Shown here: positions 1 through 6,821 of the stretch, piece after piece
How positions within the stretch are numbered: position 1 is the first letter of the stretch
Layout of the letters: every line of letters starts with the position of its first letter
The notes under the pieces: generated by a model
The model's database searches: none
What the model was told of the DNA's origin: nothing
Seen by the model: only the letters and a program-made list of their open reading frames with translations
Source: Myxococcota bacterium
GTDB taxonomy: Bacteria > Myxococcota > UBA4151
Assembly (NCBI GenBank): GCA_040260805.1
Contig: JBDQPD010000115.1
Coordinates: 1 to 10,146 of the forward strand
Length of the DNA: 10,146 nt
Direction: 5' to 3'
Program-made: the position numbers and the translations under genes

Positions 1-89
1 ACCCGATCCCATCCCGAACTCGGCAGTCAAACCCGTTAGCGCCGATGGTACTGCAGCGCACGCTGTGGGAGAGTAGGACGTTGCCGGCT
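1..89 (+). rRNA. rrf: 5S rRNA, 3' portion (5' end lies outside the window)
   Basis: Conserved 5S motifs CCCATCCCGAACTCGG, GCGCCGATGGTA and GAGAGTAGG..GTTGCCGG; helix IV GCAGC-GCAC-GCTGT. The 3' end is approximate. Confidence 0.96.
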
Positions 90-99
90 TTCTTTCCTC

Positions 100-139
100 G
101 CGAAGCGTCAGTCATTCGACTGGCGCTTCGTCTTTTTTT
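100..139 (+). terminator. Rho-independent terminator downstream of the 5S gene
   Basis: 14-bp stem GCGAAGCGTCAGTC (100-113) / GACTGGCGCTTCGT (118-131) with two G-U pairs, ATTC loop, then C and T7 (133-139). Confidence 0.93.
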
Positions 140-233
140 GTTAAATCCGCTGCCTTTAGCGTCTTCTTGTAGTAAAGCTTGAGCACGCTTTAGGTGCCAT
201 CAGCGCAGCGCAATTGTCAGGGAAGGATAACTC

Positions 234-1043
234 ATGAGACTGATTCTTGGTTTGCTTGTTATCGCTCTACCTGTCCTGTGCTCAGCACCTGCTGCTGCCA
301 GCTGCGGATTGGATCAATGTCCGAGCGATTGGTCAGCCGCGTCCGAGGAGCGCTGGAGCCTAACCTCGATGACGCGGGCGACGAGCGCCGCTGATACGTT
401 CTATATCGAAGAGTTCGTTGGACTGCGCCGCGTGCTGCCGTGGAAGCTACGCGCAGGGGTTACCTTACCGCTGGTACACGTCGAGCAAAGCGGTCAGTCG
501 CACACTGGTTTAGGGAACATGGTGGCGGTCTTAGATTATGTAGCCTTGGGTCAAAGCGCTAAGGGCTACGGGATGGGTCTTCAGGCGGAGTTACCGACCG
601 CATCTGAGATTGAACTTGGTGACGGACATATGGTTGTGCTGCCCTACGTACGCGGCTGGTTTGCTCAGGGTCGTTTCGATGTTCGGATGCAGCTGGGGTG
701 GGGCTATACCCTCGAAGGAGGTGAACACCACCATCATCAACCAGCTCACGAGCACCGAGATTCCGATGAAAGAATCGGGGGCGTCTCTTGGGTCAATCCT
801 CATTCCAATAGCGAACTGTTGGCTCGCGGCAGCGTAGGGGTGGCGGCTCGTCCAGATACGACGCTCAGAGCTGGCTTCGATGCCGTGTTCGAGCTCGAAA
901 GCGGCGAGCAGATTCTTCAGGCTATAGTTGGCGTTGAGCATCAAAAGGGGCGCGTCACGATCGGTTTGATCGGCGAAATTCCGGTCACAACAGTACAGCG
1001 CTTTGACCAGCGCGCCCGTCTGACGATCGGGTGGCGACTCTAG
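234..1043 (+). CDS. Secreted, probable outer-membrane beta-barrel 'transporter'-like protein with His-rich loop (269 aa)
   Basis: Purine-rich RBS (GGAAGGA) before ATG; signal peptide MRLILGLLVIALPVLCSAPAAA; mature N-terminus SCGLDQC; alternating amphipathic strands; GLGN and LPT motifs reminiscent of MetA-pathway/SphA-like barrels; EHHHHQPAHEH loop; C-terminal beta-signal-like LTIGWRL. The ORF is well supported, the function is inferred. Confidence 0.6.
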   Translation: MRLILGLLVIALPVLCSAPAAASCGLDQCPSDWSAASEERWSLTSMTRATSAADTFYIEEFVGLRRVLPWKLRAGVTLPLVHVEQSGQSHTGLGNMVAVLDYVALGQSAKGYGMGLQAELPTASEIELGDGHMVVLPYVRGWFAQGRFDVRMQLGWGYTLEGGEHHHHQPAHEHRDSDERIGGVSWVNPHSNSELLARGSVGVAARPDTTLRAGFDAVFELESGEQILQAIVGVEHQKGRVTIGLIGEIPVTTVQRFDQRARLTIGWRL

Positions 1044-2239
1044 TGAGCGCTGAGTCTCAAGAGCGACGAGCTGATGTCTTGATTATCGGTGGCGGCGCCG
1101 CCGGGATGATGTGCGCTATTCAAGCCGGCAGACGCGGCCGCTCGGTCGTCATTCTTGAGAAGGCTAAATTACCAGGACGTAAGATTCGGATCTCGGGGGG
1201 TGGACGTTGCAACTTTACCAACCTCAATGCTCAGCCTGAACACTTCGTCTCGAACAACCCAAGGTTTTGTATCTCGGCGTTGAGTCGTTACACCCCTGAT
1301 GACTTCGTCGCGTGGGTCGATTCGGCAGGGATCGCTCACCATGAGAAAGCTCAGGGGCAATTATTTTGCGACGGATCTGCGCAACAGATCGTGGATCTGC
1401 TCACCGACGCGTGTCGGGACGCTGGCGTTCGATTGATCTGTCAGGCTGATGTTGAGCGAGCACGCGCAGACGATAGCGGCTTTGAGGTGGAAGCGAACGG
1501 CTACCTTTGGCGCTGCGAATCCTTGGTGGTCGCTTGCGGCGGGCCTTCAATCCCTAAGATGGGCGCTAGTCGCTTGGGCTATGGTATCGCCGATCACTTT
1601 GGACTTGAGGTGATCGAACCTCGAGCGGGTTTGGTGCCGTTGACCTTTAAGGGGCAGCTGCTGCGCTTGATGTCCGAGTTGAGCGGCGTATCGCTTGGAT
1701 GCGAAGTGCATTGCGGCAAACAGAGCTTTCGCGACGGTTTGCTCTTTACTCATCGCGGCTTGAGCGGGCCTGCTATTTTGCAGATCTCCTCTTTTTGGTC
1801 TCCCGGTGCGAGCATTACGCTCAACCTTCTGCCTGATCTCGACTTGGTCCATGAGCTGCAGCAGGCTCGTCGCTTAGACCCTAAACGGCGCATCGATAAA
1901 CTGCTGACTCAATGGCTACCTAGCCGACTGGCTCAGGCGGTGAGCGACGAGCTTAAGGTCCCCGCTCGCATCGCCGAGCTGAGTACAGCCCGGCTCAAGG
2001 ACTTGGTTGAGCGTCTTCAGGCTTGGACCATCGTCCCAGCCGGTAGCGAGGGCATGCGAACGGCTGAGGTGACGATCGGTGGAGTCGATACGCGTGCCTT
2101 GTCCCCGAAAACCTTCGAGGTTAAATCGGTTCCAGGGCTGTATTTCATTGGTGAAGTCGTCGACGTGACCGGACAGCTCGGCGGCTATAATTTCCAGTGG
2201 GCGTGGGCATCTGGGCACGCGTGCGGTGAGGTCGTCTAG
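1043..2239 (+). CDS. yhiN: NAD(P)/FAD-dependent oxidoreductase, HI0933/BaiN/YhiN family (YhiN/RdsA-like)
   Basis: GGGAAG FAD motif, GRKIRISGGGRCNFTN, HEKAQGQLFCDGSAQQIVDLL, LLFTHRGLSGPAILQISS, AEVTIGGV, GLYFIGEVVDVTGQLGGYNFQWAWASG. Start placed at GTG 1043, overlapping the upstream TAG (TAGTG); GTG 1031 is the alternative. Confidence 0.9.
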   Translation: MSAESQERRADVLIIGGGAAGMMCAIQAGRRGRSVVILEKAKLPGRKIRISGGGRCNFTNLNAQPEHFVSNNPRFCISALSRYTPDDFVAWVDSAGIAHHEKAQGQLFCDGSAQQIVDLLTDACRDAGVRLICQADVERARADDSGFEVEANGYLWRCESLVVACGGPSIPKMGASRLGYGIADHFGLEVIEPRAGLVPLTFKGQLLRLMSELSGVSLGCEVHCGKQSFRDGLLFTHRGLSGPAILQISSFWSPGASITLNLLPDLDLVHELQQARRLDPKRRIDKLLTQWLPSRLAQAVSDELKVPARIAELSTARLKDLVERLQAWTIVPAGSEGMRTAEVTIGGVDTRALSPKTFEVKSVPGLYFIGEVVDVTGQLGGYNFQWAWASGHACGEVV

Positions 2240-3775
2240 ATGGATGGGTCGATCGCCTTAGTCGCCGTTAATGCTCGATATCCGCACACGAGCTTCGGTC
2301 TTCGCTGTCTGCAGGCTAACCTGGGCGAGCTCGAGGCACGCTCTGAGTTGCTTGAGTTTACGATCAATGAACGCGCTGTCGATATCGCAGAGAAGATTCT
2401 GAGTCGCAAACCGGCGATCGTAGGGATCGGCGTGTACATTTGGAATCTACCGATCGTGAAGCAGATCGTATCCATTCTTCGCCATGTTGAGCCCGACTTG
2501 TTGATCGTTCTAGGAGGACCTGAGGTCAGCTATGAACATCAAGAGCAAACCTGGCTAAGCGATGTTGACTATGTCGTCTGCGGCGAGGGCGAGCAGATCT
2601 TTCGGACGCTTTGTGAAGACCTTCTAAAGGGCGAGCGCCCCGCGCTTAGAATTCAGCAAGGGCTCACCCCGCCAATGGAGGAGCTTGAGTGGCCTTATCG
2701 GTTGTACTCCGATGAAGATGTTGCACACCGTGTCGTCTATGTTGAGGCGTCTCGCGGCTGCCCATATCGCTGCGAGTTTTGTTTGTCTTCGCTCGATCAA
2801 AAGATGCGCGAGGTACCGCTCGACGACTTCTTTGAGCAGATGGATGTCTTGCTCTTACGCGGAGCGACGGCGTTTAAGTTTATCGACCGCACCTTTAACC
2901 TGAGCATGTCGTTTGCTCTGCGTGTTCTGGGCTTCTTCGAAGAGCGGCTACGCCCTGGGCTGAGTCTCCATTTTGAGATGGTACCGGAGCGCCTGCCGGC
3001 TGAGCTTTTAGAAGCATTAGCCCGGTTCCCAGCGGGTGTAGTTCAGCTTGAGATTGGGGTTCAGACCTTTGATAAAGAGGTGGCTCGGCGGATTAGTCGT
3101 CCGCTAAAGACCGAAAAAATCAGCGTGAACTTACAGGCATTGCATGAGCAAACCCAAGTGCATCTTCATGTGGACTTGATCGCTGGTTTGCCGGGCGAGA
3201 GTTTAGCTCAGTTTGGCGCCGGTTTTGATCGCCTGCACGCGTTAGGCCCTCATGAGATCCAGCTCGGTATCTTAAAGCGGCTCAAGGGCACACCGATCGC
3301 TCGTCACACCGAACCCTTCGCGATGGTCTACAGCCAAGACCCTCCTTTTGAGGTGCTCAAGACGGGCGCGCTCAGCTTTGCTGAGCTGCAGGAGGTGAAG
3401 CGCATGGCGCGGTATTGGGATCTGGTGGTCAACAACGGTCAGTTCCCCCAAACCAGTCGATTGATCTGGAACGACTGCGAGTCGGTTTTTGAGGCTTTCC
3501 GCGAGTTTTCGGAGTGGTTGTTCAGGCAATCTGAACGAACGAGTCACATCAGCTTACTCAAACTCGCAGAGTATCTGCTGGACTTCGCGATCGAGCGCAG
3601 AGGCTTCTCCGAAGAGGAGGCAGGGCCGGTCGTGGTCGGTGATCTAAGTCGCACTGGGGGTCGGCGTTTGCCCCGGCGCTTGCAGGTCTTTAACCATCTG
3701 CTGCCGCCGCGTAACCGAAGCGACGAGGCGATGGGTATGAAGCGCCAGCGCCGTCATCAGAGCAACCCTCTTTAG
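2240..3775 (+). CDS. B12-binding domain radical SAM protein (DUF4080-type C-terminus likely), 511 aa
   Basis: N-terminal cobalamin-binding fold motifs (GIGVYIWN, LGGPEVS, VVCGEGE); YVEASRGCPYRCEFCLSS carries CxxxCxxC; FIDRTFN, LEIGVQT, HVDLIAGLPGE, QLGILKRLKGT. ATG directly follows the upstream TAG. Confidence 0.9.
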   Translation: MDGSIALVAVNARYPHTSFGLRCLQANLGELEARSELLEFTINERAVDIAEKILSRKPAIVGIGVYIWNLPIVKQIVSILRHVEPDLLIVLGGPEVSYEHQEQTWLSDVDYVVCGEGEQIFRTLCEDLLKGERPALRIQQGLTPPMEELEWPYRLYSDEDVAHRVVYVEASRGCPYRCEFCLSSLDQKMREVPLDDFFEQMDVLLLRGATAFKFIDRTFNLSMSFALRVLGFFEERLRPGLSLHFEMVPERLPAELLEALARFPAGVVQLEIGVQTFDKEVARRISRPLKTEKISVNLQALHEQTQVHLHVDLIAGLPGESLAQFGAGFDRLHALGPHEIQLGILKRLKGTPIARHTEPFAMVYSQDPPFEVLKTGALSFAELQEVKRMARYWDLVVNNGQFPQTSRLIWNDCESVFEAFREFSEWLFRQSERTSHISLLKLAEYLLDFAIERRGFSEEEAGPVVVGDLSRTGGRRLPRRLQVFNHLLPPRNRSDEAMGMKRQRRHQSNPL

Positions 3776-3785
3776 TTCGTAATTA

Positions 3786-3802
3786 TTGATCTAATAGATC
3801 AA
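3786..3802. promoter_or_regulatory. Perfect palindrome, candidate transcription-factor operator upstream of the ilv leader
   Basis: TTGATCTA-A-TAGATCAA (8-bp arms, 1-nt spacer) in an AT-rich stretch (about 3776-3830) that contrasts with the GC-rich coding DNA. A possible -10 element TAGTGT lies at 3836-3841 with no good -35. Confidence 0.55.
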
Positions 3803-3863
3803 AATAAACCATTATTATTGTTTGGTTGTCCTCCCTAGTGTTCACCCACTAGAGGAGTCGATC

Positions 3864-3947
3864 ATGATCGCCACGACGCTGACCGATAGCCACATGACTT
3901 CCATCTCAATGGCTGGGATTCGCATTATTTGCGGGACCCAAGCCTGA
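3864..3947 (+). CDS. Putative ilv operon leader peptide MIATTLTDSHMTSISMAGIRIICGTQA (27 aa)
   Basis: SD AGGAG (3853-3857) 6 nt before ATG 3864; 5 Ile and 5 Thr in 27 codons; ATT-CGC-ATT-ATT cluster (3918-3929) near the TGA (3945-3947); stop codon embedded in a long helix; directly upstream of an Ile/Val biosynthesis operon. Confidence 0.75.
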   Translation: MIATTLTDSHMTSISMAGIRIICGTQA

Positions 3948-4099
3948 GACCTCTGCCCCTTTAGGGCATCCCAAAATACAGCGCTCAGGTTTGTGTCCCA
4001 TGAAGGTGCACGGGCTGCGCTGACTGCGTGGTTCCGTGCACTCGCCTGGTTCGCCCACCTGAAGCGACCTCCCAATGTCGACTGTTTATGGAGCCTCCA
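3933..4099 (+). promoter_or_regulatory. Structured leader RNA (attenuator-like, no U-tailed terminator)
   Basis: Helix GGGAC-C-CAAGCCTGAG (3933-3948) / CTCAGGTTTG-T-GTCCC (3984-3999); inner hairpin TGCCC/GGGCA (3954-3968); hairpin GTGCACGG..CCGTGCAC (4006-4041); alternative helix CGCTCAGGT (3982-3990) / ACCTG-A-AGCG (4057-4066). Confidence 0.65.
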
Positions 4100-5824
4100 A
4101 TGTCTAGTCACGACCTCCGTCATAGCCTGTCCCGAGCGCCAGCCCGTGCGATGCTCAGAGGGGCTGGGTTAACCGACTCTGATCTCGCAAAACCATTTGT
4201 CGCTGTGTTTAATACCTGGACCGAGATGACTCCATGCAATGTGCATCTACGCGACTTAGCTGCTGAGGTTAAAGCGGGCGTTCGTGCCGCTGGCGGAACG
4301 CCGATTGAGTTTAACGCGATCGCGGTCAGCGACGGCATCACCATGGGTACCGAGGGCATGCGCGCCTCGTTGATGAGCCGAGAACTGATCGCCGATTCGG
4401 TGGAGCTGGCTGTTGGTGCCCATGGATTCGATGCAGCCATTGGTTTGGTCGGTTGCGACAAGACGATCCCTGGAACCCTGATGGGGCTGGGTCGGATCAA
4501 TATTCCAAGCCTCGTCCTTTATGGTGGCAGCATCGCTCCCGGGCGTTACCGAGGCGCGGATGTCAGCATCCAGGATGTCTTTGAAGGGGTAGGAGCGGTC
4601 ACCAAGGGGACGATGACACCGGATGACCTGCTCGAGCTTGAGCGAAGCGCTTGTCCGTCAGCGGGAGCATGCGGGGGGCAGTTCACCGCCAACACTATGG
4701 CGACCGCGCTGACCTTCTTAGGGATGTCGCCGATGGGCGCCAATGACCTGCCCGCGCTGGACCCCCGACGGGCTCAGTCGGCGCAGGACTGCGGGGCACT
4801 GGTCATGGAGCTCCTCGCTCAAGATAAACGCCCACGGGATGTGGTCACTCTAGAGGCGCTAGAGAACGCAGCCGCTTCGGTCGCAGCTACGGGCGGATCG
4901 ACCAATGCTGTGCTGCACCTTCTTGCCATCGCTCGCGAGTTTGACCTGCCCTTTGACCTGGCAGCGTTTGATCGAGTCACTGCGCGAACGCCTGTCCTCG
5001 CTGATCTCAAACCAGGTGGGCGCTTCCTCGCGGCGGATTTCAGTTTAGCGGGAGGCGCAGCGCTTCTGGCTAAACGTTTGTTTGAAGCGGAGTTGCTGCA
5101 CGACCAGCCGACTATTCTCTCATCGAACCTCAAGGCATTGTCCGAAGAAGCGTCTGAAGCCCCGAACCAGGAGGTCATTCGCCCGCTGGACAGCCCGCTC
5201 AAGCCGCGCGGTGGAATCGCCATCCTCAAAGGCTCGGTGGCGCCGGATGGTTGCGTCGTCAAACTCTCAGGTCATGGCACCACGCACCACTGCGGTCCTG
5301 CGCGTGTCTTTGACGGCGAGGAGGCTGCGTTTGAGGCGCTCAATCAGCGCCGAATCGAGCCCGGTGACGTGATGGTCATTCGCTATGAAGGACCTAAAGG
5401 CGGTCCCGGGATGCGGGAGATGCTGGCGGTCAGCGCGGCGTTGATCGGTCAGGGTTTGGGTGATTCCGTGGCGTTGATCACCGACGGTCGCTTTAGCGGC
5501 GCTACGCATGGTTTGATGGTCGGACACGTCGCACCAGAGGCGGCGGTTGGCGGACCGATCGCTCTACTGCGTGATGGAGACTTGATCACCCTTGATGTGG
5601 TCAACCGACGACTCGACGTGGACGCAGACCTTAGCGCTCGGCAGGGCGAGTGGTCGATGCCAGCTAAACCCCGCCTGACCGGCGCATACGCTAAATATGC
5701 GGCGCTCGTTTCCTGCGCTTCGCAGGGCGCAGTGACCGCCTTTCCTGATCCTCTTTTGCTTCCTTTTACCGACGGCCAAACGCGCCAGAAACGGACGAAT
5801 AATGAAAACTCTGTACACCACTGA
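4100..5824 (+). CDS. ilvD: Dihydroxy-acid dehydratase (574 aa)
   Basis: [86 protein letters not shown]. Start set at ATG 4100 behind SD GGAG (4090-4093). Confidence 0.97.
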   Translation: MSSHDLRHSLSRAPARAMLRGAGLTDSDLAKPFVAVFNTWTEMTPCNVHLRDLAAEVKAGVRAAGGTPIEFNAIAVSDGITMGTEGMRASLMSRELIADSVELAVGAHGFDAAIGLVGCDKTIPGTLMGLGRINIPSLVLYGGSIAPGRYRGADVSIQDVFEGVGAVTKGTMTPDDLLELERSACPSAGACGGQFTANTMATALTFLGMSPMGANDLPALDPRRAQSAQDCGALVMELLAQDKRPRDVVTLEALENAAASVAATGGSTNAVLHLLAIAREFDLPFDLAAFDRVTARTPVLADLKPGGRFLAADFSLAGGAALLAKRLFEAELLHDQPTILSSNLKALSEEASEAPNQEVIRPLDSPLKPRGGIAILKGSVAPDGCVVKLSGHGTTHHCGPARVFDGEEAAFEALNQRRIEPGDVMVIRYEGPKGGPGMREMLAVSAALIGQGLGDSVALITDGRFSGATHGLMVGHVAPEAAVGGPIALLRDGDLITLDVVNRRLDVDADLSARQGEWSMPAKPRLTGAYAKYAALVSCASQGAVTAFPDPLLLPFTDGQTRQKRTNNENSVHH

Positions 5825-6821
5825 AGATGTCTCACCCGAGCTGCTCACCGATTCCTCGATTGCGGTCGTAGGGTACGGTAGCCAGGGCGCTGCACAGGCG
5901 AACAACCTACGTGACGCTGGACTCAAGGTCACCTTGGGTTTGCGACTGGGAGGAGCGAGTTGGGACAAGGCGACCGCCGCTGGCTGGTCACCCGAACCGA
6001 TCGCAGTTGCTGTGACCGACGCCGATATCGTCGTCGTTCTCGTCTCCGATATGGCGCAACCTGAGGTCTATCAAAAGTTCATCGCCCCCTACTTAAAGCC
6101 GGGCGCTATGCTGCTCTTTAGCCACGGCTTTAATGTTCATTACCGCCAGCTGGTTCCGAACGCTGACGTCGACGTTGCCTTGGTCGCGCCCAAGTCGCCT
6201 GGCGCTTTGGTGCGGTCACAGTTTGAGGCGGGTCGTGGCGTGCCCTGCCTCTTGGCGGTCCATCAAGACGCAACGGGTACAGCTCAGCAGCGAGCCTTAG
6301 CCTATGCCGACGCGATCGGTGGCACTCGTGCTGGCGTTCTACGTACGACCTTCGCCGAGGAGACCGAGACCGACTTGTTCGGTGAGCAAGCGGTTCTGTG
6401 CGGCGGCGTGACCGAGCTCGTGATCGCTGGGTTTGAGACCTTAGTCGAAGCCGGTTACAGCTCTGAAGTTGCCTATTTCGAATGCCTTCACGAGCTCAAG
6501 CTGATCGTCGACTTACTCTACGAAGGCGGCTTTAAGCGTTTGCATCATGACGTCAGTGAGACCGCCTGCTTTGGTGATCTGACGCGTGGTCCACGCATCG
6601 TTGACGAGTCGACTCGCGCCCGGATGCGTGAGGTCCTCTCTGAGATCCGCTCGGGCCAGTTTGCGCGGGAGTGGATGCGTGAACACCAATCAGGTCGTGA
6701 GCGCTACAACCAGCTCATGGCTGCAGACTTAGACCACCCGCTTGAGCGGGTGGGCGAGGCTCTGCGGTCGCGCATGAGCTGGCTCCAGGCTGACGCCAGC
6801 GCACAGCCGGAGGTCGCATGA
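5802..6821 (+). CDS. ilvC: Ketol-acid reductoisomerase, short class I form (339 aa)
   Basis: [67 protein letters not shown]. Confidence 0.97.
   Translation: MKTLYTTEDVSPELLTDSSIAVVGYGSQGAAQANNLRDAGLKVTLGLRLGGASWDKATAAGWSPEPIAVAVTDADIVVVLVSDMAQPEVYQKFIAPYLKPGAMLLFSHGFNVHYRQLVPNADVDVALVAPKSPGALVRSQFEAGRGVPCLLAVHQDATGTAQQRALAYADAIGGTRAGVLRTTFAEETETDLFGEQAVLCGGVTELVIAGFETLVEAGYSSEVAYFECLHELKLIVDLLYEGGFKRLHHDVSETACFGDLTRGPRIVDESTRARMREVLSEIRSGQFAREWMREHQSGRERYNQLMAADLDHPLERVGEALRSRMSWLQADASAQPEVA

Noticed and set aside
140..233. Sigma70 promoter for the first CDS
   Set aside because: A promoter probably exists after the terminator, but no convincing -35/-10 pair could be identified.
3786..3802. 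FNR/CRP-type box (TTGAT..ATCAA)
   Set aside because: The spacer is 7 nt, not the 4 nt of the FNR consensus; kept only as an unassigned operator candidate.
4026..4038. GCGTGGTTCCGTG resembles the T-box core GGTGGNACCGCG
   Set aside because: The conserved UGGNACC bulge is broken (TGGTTCC), no stem I motifs or terminator are recognisable, and the segment is explained as the 3' arm of the 4006-4041 hairpin.
4006..4050. GC-rich hairpin as a classical attenuator terminator
   Set aside because: Followed by TCGCCTGG, with no U-tract.
4028..4099. N-terminal extension of IlvD from GTG 4028 (or ATG 4088)
   Set aside because: No SD, the GTG lies within a hairpin, and the extension does not resemble IlvD; ATG 4100 has a well-spaced GGAG.
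3842..4123. 93-aa minus-strand ORF across the ilv leader
   Set aside because: No recognisable motifs; it starts inside ilvD and is antisense to a better-supported leader peptide and RNA structure.
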